Of a DNA stretch of 64,000 bases, positions 1 to 10,037 are shown in pieces (position 1 is the first letter of the stretch; every line of letters starts with the position of its first letter). Below the pieces are notes generated by a model, which did not search any database, had not been told where the DNA came from, and worked only from the letters and a program-made list of their open reading frames with translations. The translations under genes were made by a program, and so were the position numbers. Origin of the DNA: a plasmid; the sequence record NZ_CP120951.1, one strand, 5' to 3'.

Positions 1-449
1 TCGTTACGCAGCGCTTCGACCTGGTTGAACACAACCCTGATCCGGTCGGGCTCGACGCCCAGGTCGGCCAGCAACTCGATCGTCTTGAACGTGTCATGCA
101 GCTGCTTGCGTGCCGGCACAACCGGCACCACGAAGAATCCGTAGTCCTCGTGCGCGCCGGCGGACTCGTCAAGACGCTTCAGGTATTCCTCGACATTCGA
201 CGCGCCAATGTCCACGATCAGCGCCTGCCCAAGCATCAGCGCTTCGTGCAGCACGTCGAACTGTGCTGCGATCATGGTCTCCGGACCCGATTTATCACGC
301 CCGCCAACGGCCACCGCCGCTTCATCTGCGTTAATCGATTCCACCTGCATCACGCTCAAGTCGGGCAGACGCGGCGCAAGCAGCTCGCGCGTAACCATCG
401 TCTTGCCAACGTTGCCGGAACAGTTCACTACCGCAATACTCGGGGTCAT
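1..449 (-). CDS. ParA/MinD-like P-loop ATPase, 5' portion only (gene runs off window edge); conjugation/stability-associated (StbB-like?)
   Basis: Reverse-strand translation from ATG at 449 gives MTPSIAVVNCSGNVGKTMVTRELL... with a P-loop GNVGKT; a good RBS (AGAGGA) precedes it. The ORF has no stop inside the window, so it is absent from the ORF track. Confidence 0.5.
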   Translation of the reverse strand, partial: MTPSIAVVNCSGNVGKTMVTRELLAPRLPDLSVMQVESINADEAAVAVGGRDKSGPETMIAAQFDVLHEALMLGQALIVDIGASNVEEYLKRLDESAGAHEDYGFFVVPVVPARKQLHDTFKTIELLADLGVEPDRIRVVFNQVEALRN

Positions 450-451
450 CG

Positions 452-859
452 TTATCCTCTTTCGTCCAGGTCGCCGCGCCGAACAGGCGGCGTATATACC
501 AACAGAACGGGCTCGCCCTTCGCGGCCTCGCACACGAACGCGCCGGTGGTCGACAAGCGCCAAACCGGTTGGTCAAGCACCCGCAAACTCGTATCAAGAA
601 CATGCGCCTCGCCACGGAACATCGTGAACGTCGCACCGAGCGAAATCGACACGCGCGCTTCGATGTCCGACGACAGATGCGGCAGCCGCGATGCAAGCGC
701 CGCCACGAACGGGTCGGTCATCGCATCCGCCAGCTGGCACACGTCGATCCATCGCGCGCGACGTGACGTATGCAGACGAAGCCAGCCGGGCACCGTCACG
801 CGCGCGCGCGCAAAGAACGCCGCGTTGTGCGGCAAGTGGGGAAAATGACGGCGACGCAT
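452..859 (-). CDS. hypothetical protein (approx. 135 aa) between primase and ParA-like gene
   Basis: Internal Met (MRRRHFPHL...) of track ORF 452..940. Its start sits 6 nt after the primase stop, and its stop overlaps the next start (translational coupling). Confidence 0.4.
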   Translation of the reverse strand: MRRRHFPHLPHNAAFFARARVTVPGWLRLHTSRRARWIDVCQLADAMTDPFVAALASRLPHLSSDIEARVSISLGATFTMFRGEAHVLDTSLRVLDQPVWRLSTTGAFVCEAAKGEPVLLVYTPPVRRGDLDERG

Positions 860-864
860 CGTGC

Positions 865-3800
865 TCACAGCCCCACCTTCGGTGCTTGCTTCATACCGGG
901 TGCATGTGCCGGCGCTTGTTTCGGCGCAGGTGCGCTCCATTGCTTTTTCAAGTCCGCAAAACCCGCGTCAATCGCGCCCCCTGCCTCGCCCGCCTTCAGC
1001 TCACCGCTCGCCACCTTGCGCTCGACCTCGAGCGCCACCTTCAGGCTTGTATCGAAACGGTTCAGCATTTCCTCGCGGGTACGCGATGGGTATCCCGCGA
1101 GCGACTTCTCGAACTGCTCGCGCAACTGGCCAACCGTCTGCGGCATGGGGGCGGGGGTACGGTCGGGTTCAACCGGGTCCAAACGCGTCACTTCCCACGC
1201 GTTTCGAAGCGCCTCTTTCGACTCCAGGCGGATCACCTTGCCCGCCGCGTCGCGCACCGGCTCCTGGACCACGACAGGCGTCTCACCCAAATTCTTCAGC
1301 GACACGGTATCGCCGACCTGCGCGCCGGAATCGTTCATTGCCCGTTTGAGATCGACGCCCCAGACCGTGCGCTCGTCACCCGCTTCGTCTCGATACCGCA
1401 CGAAGTACGAATGAGACGCGTCCGGCTTGTGCTGATACCGGGCACTCCCGTGTTCGAGCAGCTCGCCCGACATCGTGTCGACCGGCTTTGCTTCGGTCTT
1501 CGGTGCGGCGTCTGGCGCAGTGGTTGCCGCATCCGCCCGTTGATTTACTGCCTTGGCCACCGGCGTGGCCGCCAACGAATCACTCGGTGCCACCTTCTCG
1601 ACTGCAGGTGCAGGTGAATCGCCCTTGCGAATCGTCAATGCATCGCGCTGGCGTGCCTGCTCGCGCCGGGCCGCTTCAAGCAGCGCATGATCGCTGTCTG
1701 ACGGCTTGTACCCCTTGACCTCGATGCCACCAGCAAGCTTCGCCTCGAGCCACCCATTGCGCCGGAAATCCGGATCGCCCTTGAGCGTGATCGACGTAAA
1801 ATTTTTCGCCTGCACGATCGCAATCATGTCGGCAAGCGTGCCGCGATCGTTAGCGTGTGACGTGAGCCGTACCCCCTTGTCCTCAAAGTGCGGTACGTCG
1901 TTGCCCGGCGCCCCCGGATCCCTGACGTTCGGCTTCCAGAACTGTCCATCCTTCACGACATAGCGTTCCGCGATCGAGGACGGCACGTCGTAGCCGGTCG
2001 ACGTCAATATCGGTTTTCGCTCAACCCCCTCACCGATCTCAATTTCGTTCGGTTCGCGATTGCGTGCAGGACGGGTTTGCGGTGCGTCTGCCGCCCCGGC
2101 CGGCGTGCCGAACGGCTTCGCTTTCAGGCGGCTCGTCAGTTCTTCTGTCTTGCGAGCCGCCTCATCCGCGACCGACCGCTGCTGCACACGCGCCTCATCG
2201 AGCGTTGCGCGTGCCGCATCCCCTTCAGCACTGCGAACCTGGCGCACGCGTTCGAGATCTGCCGGAGCGACACGCTCACCGACCGGTTTGGTTGGTTGGT
2301 TCGCGGGATTCTTAGCGCTGGGTTCGTTCGCAGACGGTTTCGGCGACACCGTGTCGCCTGCGACCTGTGTATCGCCGACCGTCTGCACCGGAGCGCGCTG
2401 CGAATCGGCAACCGCCAGACCATTGCTCGCCGTCACGTCGGGACCGCTCCAACGCGGCTCCGGTCGTTCGCTCAGGGCCGGCATCGGCCGTTGTTCACCC
2501 CTACTCGCAGGGTCCGTCGTCCAGCCCCCGTCCTTCGTCCACTTGACGCTTTCCCAGCCATTCCAGTACGCATCCAGCAGCGCCGCATCCCGGAACGGCA
2601 CGTCGTTCACGAATTTGGCGTTGTCGTATTGCCCCATCGTGTGCGCGACCAACAGTGCTGCATCGAGCACCGCTGGGTCGCGGGCCGTGCGGTGCGCCCA
2701 CGTGACCCAGGCACTGAGTTGCTCGCGGGCGATCTCATCGAGTGGCCAGCGCTCCGCGCCGACCTCCACGCGTCGCTGGATCTGTTCCAGCACGTCGACG
2801 AGCGACCGACCCGGCTCACCGTTCACATTCAGCATCTCGAACATTGGCTCGAAGCGCTGCCGATTCGCGGCGAGATCCGGAGTCGCACGCTCCGCCCCGA
2901 GCACTTCGCGCGCGCGCCCCATGTGGTAGGCACTCGCGAGGTTCGTGCTTTCAAACGGATTGGGTTGCGCCGCATCGCCGAACAGATCGTCATGCCGGCC
3001 GAGCGCGAGCGCGACACGCAATGCGCTATTGCGCACGCCCGGATCACGGTTCTCGCCCAGCCACTTCAGCCACTCAACCGTCTGCGCACGTGTTTCGCTA
3101 TCGAGCGGCGCTTCGCGGCCGGTCAACGCATTACGGATGCGCCACTGCACATCAGATACCGCCATCGCAAGCGGCAGGCGCGGATCGTGCTGTATGCCAA
3201 GCCGGTCGAACAGTTCCGTAGTGCCTACACGGATGTCGTTATGGTGCACAGGCTCTTCCATCGACAGCGGCAGATCATTGTCGGCGGCCGCCTGTTCGCG
3301 ACGCACATGATCCAGCCGTGTTTGCCCGATCGGCTGACCGATCGCCGGGGCGACGAGTACGGTCGACACTGCTTGCTCGTCATGTTCCTGACGCGGCCCG
3401 GTGTTCGATCCAATGACAGCGGCGGTATCGTCGGCCACGTCCCACATCGTCGCGTCGCTGTTCTGGGCATCACCCGTCGACGGCTCGCGAACCGAATCGA
3501 CATTGTTCGGCACGCCCTGGCGTTCCGCCTGCCGTGCGTCGTACGCCTGCTTCCACGCAATAAATTCCTGCGCCCCCTCTTCGGACATACGGGACGGAAT
3601 GCCTAGCGACAAGCGCACATTGCTCAACATGACGCCACGCTCTTCGGCCGACACGAACACGATGTCGTCGCCCAACGCACGTTCGACCTCGCGGAGCGTT
3701 TTTCCGACAGCGAATTCCCGCTCGATGCGCTCCGTCAAACCACGACTATCCGACAAATTTCGCCAGAACTGCATCTGCTCGGCCGCCCAATCCGGCATGA

Positions 3801-5508
3801 CATATGTCGACTCTGGCGCTGCAGGCTGATCCTCGATCGCCGCTTCGCTGGATGCCGGCGTAGACGCAGGAGTTACTTGCGCGGCCGGCTCCGTGCCCGG
3901 CTCAGGTGCCGGCACCGCCAATCCGAACTCGGTGCGGATCTTCTCGAATGCGGCGGCCGCCTGTGCCGGCATCGGCTCGGCGGCAAAACCCTGCCTCGTG
4001 CGAATCATCTCGCCCACCGCGCGATCGCCCGCGCCGGCCGAACCGGTGCGCCGCCAGGCGTCGTGATACACCGCCTCGACCTTCGTATCCAGCGCGATCG
4101 TGCGCGTGACTTCGTCACCGCGCACGTTCGTTGAGGCGGCGATGGACTGCAGCGCGGCCCGAAATGCTCGGCCCAGTTGCTCATCTCGCGGCGGCTGCGG
4201 CTGATTTGGCTGAACCCGTTGCGCCGGCGCCGTTGATGCTGGTTCGGCGGTCACGCTCGGTTCGCTGGCCTGCGGCACCGCTACTGCCGACGTCACCGGT
4301 GCCTGGTTTGGCTCGCCGGCGGGAACGGTCACATCTGCGCGTGGCCACCGATCAAATGCCGCAAGGTCAACATCGCGCGGCACATACCACTGCTTGCGCG
4401 CGCGATCCCACTTCGCACCCAATGCATTCGCATCTTCACGTTCCTTGTAAGGGACGACAAGGTACGTGCGACCATCCGGCACGCGCGACGCCGCGGCCCC
4501 GGCCGGCTCGAACGGGGAGGGGCGCACCGACAGATCCGGCGCTGCCGGCATCGCAATCGACAGCGTCGTCAGCAGCGCCTCGACCTGCTCGCGCACCGCG
4601 TCGCGCCCGCGCGAGGCTGCCAGATCGTTCCAGTCGGTACCGCCATCATCCGGCGCAAATGCCGGCAGCAGCACGTGGCCACCAACAACCTCAGCCGTCG
4701 CAAACGACGCGTCCTTACCGACGTTCGGCTTGCCGGACGATTCTTTCAGATGGTCGTTATCGCCCGCGATCAGGATCGGCCGGTCGGGATATTTCTGGCG
4801 GAAAGCCTCCGCCACCGGCTGCAGGTTCCCGGCGTTCAGCGCGCAGACCACCGGCAGACCCGTAATCTCGTACAGGCTTGCCGACGTCGCGTACCCTTCG
4901 GCAATCACGATCGGCTTCTGCGGATCGTCCGCTCCCACTGGACTGAAGCACGCGAGCGTGCGGCCGTCCTTGGTAAAAAGCTTGTTGCCATCGGGACTGA
5001 TGCGCTGCACGCTCCAGAGCCTGCCGTCGATATCGACAAGCGGCATCACGAGATTGCCATGCCGATCGTGCTTCAACCCATGATTGACCACGCCCTTGCG
5101 AGCCAGATACGCATGATCATCTGAGGCGATAGGCAATCTGCGCCATTCTTCCGCCACCCATGCCGCACGCTCGTCGTGCTTCGCCGCACGCTCGGCCGCA
5201 CGGTCGCGCTGGCGTTGCGCGTCGGCCGATCGCTCTTCGGCCGTCAACGTAAACTTGGCTGCATCGCTCGGCCGCCAATTCAGCCCACCACCTTCGCGGT
5301 AGTTCTGGATAAACCCGCGCGGAGCGCCGTCGAGAAAGAGCCTGTACGAACCACTTTGCTTGCCGGGCTTGTCGCCCTCGACAGACACGCGATGAAACTC
5401 TCCGTCCGCCTCCGCCGGGCCATTCAGGATCAAGCCGTGCTCGCGTGTGGCGGCCTCGAATTCGCGCAAGATGGCATCGCGCTTGTTACCTTGCCATTCG
5501 TTACTCAT
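865..5508 (-). CDS. large conjugative DNA primase (TraC/Sog-like) with long disordered linker and C-terminal polyvalent-protein-type domains
   Basis: 1547 aa. The N-terminus carries a Toprim signature (IAEGYATSASLY...ILIAGDNDH...GKDASFATAEV), followed by a YLVVPYKEREDANALGAKWDRARKQWYVP motif (primase-associated C-terminal domain). About 800 aa of the middle is A/P/E/Q-rich low complexity. The C-terminal globular domains resemble LPD-type modules. The start overlaps the virD4 stop by 8 nt. Confidence 0.75.
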   Translation of the reverse strand: MSNEWQGNKRDAILREFEAATREHGLILNGPAEADGEFHRVSVEGDKPGKQSGSYRLFLDGAPRGFIQNYREGGGLNWRPSDAAKFTLTAEERSADAQRQRDRAAERAAKHDERAAWVAEEWRRLPIASDDHAYLARKGVVNHGLKHDRHGNLVMPLVDIDGRLWSVQRISPDGNKLFTKDGRTLACFSPVGADDPQKPIVIAEGYATSASLYEITGLPVVCALNAGNLQPVAEAFRQKYPDRPILIAGDNDHLKESSGKPNVGKDASFATAEVVGGHVLLPAFAPDDGGTDWNDLAASRGRDAVREQVEALLTTLSIAMPAAPDLSVRPSPFEPAGAAASRVPDGRTYLVVPYKEREDANALGAKWDRARKQWYVPRDVDLAAFDRWPRADVTVPAGEPNQAPVTSAVAVPQASEPSVTAEPASTAPAQRVQPNQPQPPRDEQLGRAFRAALQSIAASTNVRGDEVTRTIALDTKVEAVYHDAWRRTGSAGAGDRAVGEMIRTRQGFAAEPMPAQAAAAFEKIRTEFGLAVPAPEPGTEPAAQVTPASTPASSEAAIEDQPAAPESTYVMPDWAAEQMQFWRNLSDSRGLTERIEREFAVGKTLREVERALGDDIVFVSAEERGVMLSNVRLSLGIPSRMSEEGAQEFIAWKQAYDARQAERQGVPNNVDSVREPSTGDAQNSDATMWDVADDTAAVIGSNTGPRQEHDEQAVSTVLVAPAIGQPIGQTRLDHVRREQAAADNDLPLSMEEPVHHNDIRVGTTELFDRLGIQHDPRLPLAMAVSDVQWRIRNALTGREAPLDSETRAQTVEWLKWLGENRDPGVRNSALRVALALGRHDDLFGDAAQPNPFESTNLASAYHMGRAREVLGAERATPDLAANRQRFEPMFEMLNVNGEPGRSLVDVLEQIQRRVEVGAERWPLDEIAREQLSAWVTWAHRTARDPAVLDAALLVAHTMGQYDNAKFVNDVPFRDAALLDAYWNGWESVKWTKDGGWTTDPASRGEQRPMPALSERPEPRWSGPDVTASNGLAVADSQRAPVQTVGDTQVAGDTVSPKPSANEPSAKNPANQPTKPVGERVAPADLERVRQVRSAEGDAARATLDEARVQQRSVADEAARKTEELTSRLKAKPFGTPAGAADAPQTRPARNREPNEIEIGEGVERKPILTSTGYDVPSSIAERYVVKDGQFWKPNVRDPGAPGNDVPHFEDKGVRLTSHANDRGTLADMIAIVQAKNFTSITLKGDPDFRRNGWLEAKLAGGIEVKGYKPSDSDHALLEAARREQARQRDALTIRKGDSPAPAVEKVAPSDSLAATPVAKAVNQRADAATTAPDAAPKTEAKPVDTMSGELLEHGSARYQHKPDASHSYFVRYRDEAGDERTVWGVDLKRAMNDSGAQVGDTVSLKNLGETPVVVQEPVRDAAGKVIRLESKEALRNAWEVTRLDPVEPDRTPAPMPQTVGQLREQFEKSLAGYPSRTREEMLNRFDTSLKVALEVERKVASGELKAGEAGGAIDAGFADLKKQWSAPAPKQAPAHAPGMKQAPKVGL

Positions 5509-7720
5509 GGTGATACGCCTCCGTCGTCGTCGGTGCGCCTGCCGGCGCGTGTTCCGTTACGTTGCCCTGCCGTCCTGAATCCGCTGCGTGACCCGCCGGA
5601 GCTTCGCTCGCGGTGGAATCCGGTCCGACCAACCCCATGCCGAGTGCAATGCCGGTGTTCCCTGCGATGGCATCCGCAAACATTCGCCGCAGATCGTCAT
5701 CGATCGGCTCACCGATCGCGAACAGACTGTCGAGCATCTGTTCGCGCACCTTCTGCAACGAAAACCCGGACGGCACCGCCTGGTCGAGCGCGAGCCGTTC
5801 CTTCGCGGTGATGGGCGATGCGCCCGCTTGGCGCGACGCGCGCACTGCCGCGGCGATCCGCGCCGAACGCTTGGCGTGGATCTCAGCGATCTTGATAATT
5901 TCGATGCCCTGGTAGCGCAGCTGCCCCGATACCCGAGCCTCGGTCAACTCGGCCTCGGTCGGCAGCTTCTTGTCACCCACTTCGCCCAGCAACGAACACA
6001 CCGAGCGCAGACGGTCGATGAACAGACGGTCTTCGTAATAGAACGCCTTCTCACAATGAATCGGCAGCCCCACACCGAGAATCATTTCCTCGGACTGCGG
6101 CATGATTTCAAGCTCCTGGGCGTACATCAGGTTGCGCTTCTGGTCCGATGTGTTCTCGCCCGATGAGGAGCTGCGCCCACGCGTTCGGCTCGTCGACTTC
6201 GCTTTCTCGGTCAGGTAGCCAAGCGTCTCGGACATTTCCTTAGAATCATGCGTATCGCGAGGCGGGTAGATAACTTTCAGCGCATGGTTGGTCACCAGCG
6301 TCCGCATCCCATGTACACCGTATGCGTCAGGCGCTTCGCCCTGTGACTTCGATTGCAGGATCGTCAGCAGACGGATGCTGTAGCCCGCGATGAAGGCGTT
6401 CGCCTTGTCGAGTATCTCGATCTTGCCGACCGCCGGGGCCTCGTCGAGAATGCCCAGACACTGATACTTCAGCTCCGGGTTCGCTTCTGGCAATTCGTCG
6501 AGGTTGTCCTCGATCCACTGCGTGAAAAACAAGTTGGCGAGCAGACCAGCGATCGACAACTTCGCGGCCGGCAGCACCAGGTAAATCGACATCGGCACGC
6601 GTCGCACGTCGGCAACATCAAAATCGCATCGGCTCGTCGCCGCATCAACGATCGGGTTCGCGAACAGTGTCAGGCCCGCCATGAAGGTCTTCGAGATATT
6701 GCCCATCGTCTCGTCCGGGGCCGATAACAGGCGCGCAAGCGCACCCAGGCAATCCCCCGACAGCGGCTCGCCATCTCGATCGCGCTCCATCATGTCGATC
6801 ACGTGCGCGCGCAGCGTCACGTCCGGGCGAATCGGTACCGCTTCGCGCAAGACCTCGCCGAACGTCCAGGCTTCCTCTTTCTTGGTCTCCATCAGGTACA
6901 GTGCGACGCCCAAAAACAGATCAGCCGCGCTGTCGTAGAAGAATTTGTTGCGTGCATCTGGCGAGTGGTACAGACGCGCCGCGATCATCTGCAGGCGGCC
7001 GATTCGGATATGCGGAGGAAGTTTCGCAATCTTCACAAGCGGGTTCCACGCGTGCGTAAAACCGCTCTCATCGAACGGCGCCCACCGATAAACAGCCTGT
7101 CCGCAGTTCTTGCGATACTGGGACGTCACGTCGTAGTTCTCGCCCTTGATGTCGAGCACGATGATCGAGTCCGGATAGGTGAGCAAATTCGGGATCACAA
7201 CGGCAACGCCCTTACCACTGCGCGTCGGTGCCGCCAGCATCACGAACTGCTGACCGATGAACGTCAGATAACGCGGGCTGTAGTCTGGTCTACCCGGTTT
7301 GCCGCTCGGCAGCCGGCCGACGATAATCGACGGATAGTGGCGACGCCCCTTTTTGACCCGCCCCTCGGCTTCGTCCAGCAGCCCAGCCTTGCGAATCTCA
7401 TTGCGCTTGGCAAAACGTGCACTACCGTGCAGTTCCCGCTTGGGTCGCTTGATCGCGAACGACAGAGCCACGACGACAAGCGGCAGCAACGGAACGAGCG
7501 CAGCCACAAACGATGCAGGCAAAAGTGCAAGCCGCACCTTGCCGATGTGCCCGTAAGCCTCCCAGTAATCGAGCAAAGTCCACACGCCGACGATCGACGC
7601 CGGCAGATCCTGCAGTTGCACAAACAGCTTCGCGCCGGCGTACTGACCGGCAACAACGAGGGCGGCTAACATGGCCAAGCCGCCGAACACTACGAGCAAC
7701 CAGCCGACGAGGGATTTCAT
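5501..7720 (-). CDS. virD4: type IV coupling protein VirD4/TraG
   Basis: N-terminal TM helices and Walker A (MLAAPTRSGKGVAVVIPNLL) give a TraG/VirD4 family architecture. The ATG for MKSLVGW lies 9 codons downstream of the track's alternative start at 7747. Confidence 0.9.
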   Translation of the reverse strand: MKSLVGWLLVVFGGLAMLAALVVAGQYAGAKLFVQLQDLPASIVGVWTLLDYWEAYGHIGKVRLALLPASFVAALVPLLPLVVVALSFAIKRPKRELHGSARFAKRNEIRKAGLLDEAEGRVKKGRRHYPSIIVGRLPSGKPGRPDYSPRYLTFIGQQFVMLAAPTRSGKGVAVVIPNLLTYPDSIIVLDIKGENYDVTSQYRKNCGQAVYRWAPFDESGFTHAWNPLVKIAKLPPHIRIGRLQMIAARLYHSPDARNKFFYDSAADLFLGVALYLMETKKEEAWTFGEVLREAVPIRPDVTLRAHVIDMMERDRDGEPLSGDCLGALARLLSAPDETMGNISKTFMAGLTLFANPIVDAATSRCDFDVADVRRVPMSIYLVLPAAKLSIAGLLANLFFTQWIEDNLDELPEANPELKYQCLGILDEAPAVGKIEILDKANAFIAGYSIRLLTILQSKSQGEAPDAYGVHGMRTLVTNHALKVIYPPRDTHDSKEMSETLGYLTEKAKSTSRTRGRSSSSGENTSDQKRNLMYAQELEIMPQSEEMILGVGLPIHCEKAFYYEDRLFIDRLRSVCSLLGEVGDKKLPTEAELTEARVSGQLRYQGIEIIKIAEIHAKRSARIAAAVRASRQAGASPITAKERLALDQAVPSGFSLQKVREQMLDSLFAIGEPIDDDLRRMFADAIAGNTGIALGMGLVGPDSTASEAPAGHAADSGRQGNVTEHAPAGAPTTTEAYHHE

Positions 7721-7796
7721 ACGAAGCTCCCTGCCAGGCTCTGGCAACGCACACCAACATCACCCACGATTCGCAACCTCACGTGCGCTCCGCTCA

Positions 7797-8447
7797 TCAG
7801 GATTCTCCCCGCGCGCGATACGGCGTGCCCTGTACCCACCGGCTTTGCCAGTGGGCGGTATAGGCCTGCGCGATTGCCGGGCAATTCCACAGCACCAGCA
7901 CGTCCTCGCTGTTCTTGCGAGCGGCAGCCGCGCTGAAGTTGAAACTGCCGGTCTGTACTGTTTCACCGTCGACCGTGACGGTCTTGTCGTGATGAATCGC
8001 GAATGCGTCGATCGTCCGCACCGGAATGCCGACGCGCAGCAGCATGCTTAGCGCAACAGCACTGGCGCCGCGCGCGGGGCCAGACAGGTTTTCGCGCGCA
8101 TCGACAGCCACCGCGACATCCACGCCGCGCGCCTTCGCCTGGGCCAGTGCCCGCGCAACCTCACGAGAGGTAAACACGTATGCCGACACGCGAATGGTTC
8201 GCTTCGCACTCGCGATCGTTTTCAGCACCAGTGCCGCACCGGTTCCTTCCGGCGAGAACCCGGCCTCGGCCACGCAAGTCCCAGTGGGCTGCGGACTACG
8301 CGTGTTGGCCAGCGCGAAAAAGTGCGAAACAGAGTTCGACACCGCGCTCAACAACCCCGTCGATTCAAGGCTAACGACGTGCGCAGACGCCGGCAGGCCA
8401 TTGAGCAACAGCACGGCGGCCGCACCGGTCACGATTGCGCCTTTCAT
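7797..8447 (-). CDS. nuc: periplasmic PLD-family endonuclease (Nuc-like, as in pKM101/R46 transfer regions)
   Basis: Signal peptide MKGAIVTGAAAVLLLNGLPASA; HKD motif AIHHDKTVTVDGETVQTGSFNFS. GGAGG RBS; start overlaps upstream stop (ATGA). Confidence 0.7.
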   Translation of the reverse strand: MKGAIVTGAAAVLLLNGLPASAHVVSLESTGLLSAVSNSVSHFFALANTRSPQPTGTCVAEAGFSPEGTGAALVLKTIASAKRTIRVSAYVFTSREVARALAQAKARGVDVAVAVDARENLSGPARGASAVALSMLLRVGIPVRTIDAFAIHHDKTVTVDGETVQTGSFNFSAAAARKNSEDVLVLWNCPAIAQAYTAHWQSRWVQGTPYRARGES

Positions 8448-8854
8448 GAGCGATCCTCCGCGGGTTCCGCCGCCTGCATCGTCTTCAGACGCTCGGCACC
8501 TCCAGCCGCGCACACGGCGTCGAGCGAGCGCTCGACGTCGAACAGGAACCGATCATCGAGCGGCCCATCGCGGAAATCCGCCACTGCGGGAATCACCGGG
8601 AACGCAACACACACCCCGGCTGGCGATCGTTCAACCGTCGCCCGATCGATCAGGTAGAAGTAGCGGCGCAGAAACAGCCCCGGCAGCTCGCCCGCCAACA
8701 CCAGATCCTCCTGGATCGCGTCGAGTCGAGCTTTCGCCTGCCGCAGCGTATCGAGCGTGACGCCGGGCGAGCGACGCGCCAAACGACGTTGAGCCGCTAT
8801 CACTTCGGCTAGCGCCGCTTCTTCGTTATGCCGAAGTCGAGAGATATTCGGCAT
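8444..8854 (-). CDS. hypothetical protein in T4SS operon
   Basis: Internal Met MPNISRLRH... of ORF 8444..8956; ATGA overlaps with both neighbours. Confidence 0.4.
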   Translation of the reverse strand: MPNISRLRHNEEAALAEVIAAQRRLARRSPGVTLDTLRQAKARLDAIQEDLVLAGELPGLFLRRYFYLIDRATVERSPAGVCVAFPVIPAVADFRDGPLDDRFLFDVERSLDAVCAAGGAERLKTMQAAEPAEDRS

Positions 8855-9516
8855 CACGCGTCTCCCATTCCATGCAACACCTCGTTTCCACGACGCAGAA
8901 AGACCCCGCCGTGCGGTAGGCGGATCAAACGGCCATTCGCCACCGGCAGCTCGCACGAGAGAGCGCCGAGCGTCACGATCTGAGCGGCGATCCTCACCCG
9001 GTCAATCCAGGCATCGCGATATGGGTCAGGGTCGGGAGACGCCTCATTGATGCGTCCCATCAAGTAGGCGATCGTCGCTGCCATCATCACGAGGCTGATA
9101 CCGGTGGCCGCAGTACTCAGTGTCCTGGCGGTGTCGGCCGGCTGCGCGGCCGCCAGCTGCAGCCATCGGGCGACTTCCGTCGACGAACACAGCGCAGCAA
9201 ACACGACGAGACCGGACACCGTTGCGAATCCGACGGCCAGGAAGCGAACCAGCTCGCTCATCACGTTGAGCACGGTGGACAGCCCTTCACCGACGCGACC
9301 GAGATGCCAGTAGCGCAACCGTTTGTCGTCCTGCAGCAGGTGCTCGATACGCCGAATCATCTGTTCGGTGACATGCCCCGCACGCACACCGTTCATGTAG
9401 ACGGCCCACTGCGTTTCGTCGGTCACGTTGAACGATGCGCGCCATGCATCGCGGGCGGCCTGTCGTGACTGGTTCTGCTGCAGACCGGACCACCATTTCA
9501 GAATGTTCTTCCTCAT
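8854..9516 (-). CDS. hypothetical inner-membrane protein in T4SS operon
   Basis: 220 aa with central hydrophobic segments (LVRFLAVGFATVSGLVVFAALC; ISLVMMAATIAYLM); coupled to flanking genes. Confidence 0.45.
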   Translation of the reverse strand: MRKNILKWWSGLQQNQSRQAARDAWRASFNVTDETQWAVYMNGVRAGHVTEQMIRRIEHLLQDDKRLRYWHLGRVGEGLSTVLNVMSELVRFLAVGFATVSGLVVFAALCSSTEVARWLQLAAAQPADTARTLSTAATGISLVMMAATIAYLMGRINEASPDPDPYRDAWIDRVRIAAQIVTLGALSCELPVANGRLIRLPHGGVFLRRGNEVLHGMGDA

Positions 9517-10037
9517 TACGCACCTCCAGCTTCACGAGACATCTCACCTGGTTCGCTGAACGCCGCGAGATCTCTCGCGCTCGCTTCTTGCGCGATCCAA
9601 GTGCGTACCGCCTGGCGATGCTCGGCAATGAGACGTAGATCGCGCCGCACCAGCGGTCGGCCAAGCGCTGCGACTTGCTGGCGGTATTGCTCAACCGATT
9701 CGGCATCCAATGCGTCGCGCGCAAACACATCTCTCAGAACCGGCAGGTCGTCGGCCGCCATCGGCGACCACGCGGTGTTGGTGGACCACGGAGAGGCATC
9801 GCTCAGAATCGGTATCGCGAATACCACCAGCAGAAACATGACAAACCCACCGAGCACGCTCGACGTCTGGCCCCAGAGGACGCGACTTAGCACGCAAAGT
9901 TCGATCGCAGCGACCACGCCGCATGCACTGAACCACCACCTCAGTGCGCGGCGGCGTTCCGCATCGAGCTCGGCCTGCGTCGGCGGCGCACACAGCACGG
10001 GATGCAAATTCGTCCACTTGATTTCTTGTTCGCTCAT
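9516..10037 (-). CDS. hypothetical membrane protein downstream of virB11
   Basis: Internal Met MSEQEIKWTNLHPV... of ORF 9516..10292; TM segment GVVAAIELCVLSRVLW...FVMFLLVVFAIPIL; start overlaps virB11 stop (ATGA). Confidence 0.45.
   Translation of the reverse strand: MSEQEIKWTNLHPVLCAPPTQAELDAERRRALRWWFSACGVVAAIELCVLSRVLWGQTSSVLGGFVMFLLVVFAIPILSDASPWSTNTAWSPMAADDLPVLRDVFARDALDAESVEQYRQQVAALGRPLVRRDLRLIAEHRQAVRTWIAQEASARDLAAFSEPGEMSREAGGA

Noticed and set aside
96-1617. Plus-strand ORFs 96..848, 691..1617, 770..1414 and similar at the left edge
   Set aside because: They lie antisense to, or out of frame with, coherent minus-strand genes (the ParA-like gene and the primase). Their translations are Arg/Ala/Gly-rich low complexity, typical of spurious frames in 65% GC DNA.
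1888-3606. 572-aa plus-strand ORF and neighbours (2060..2929, 2742..3221)
   Set aside because: They fall entirely inside the primase gene on the opposite strand. The composition is Arg-rich and no motifs are present.
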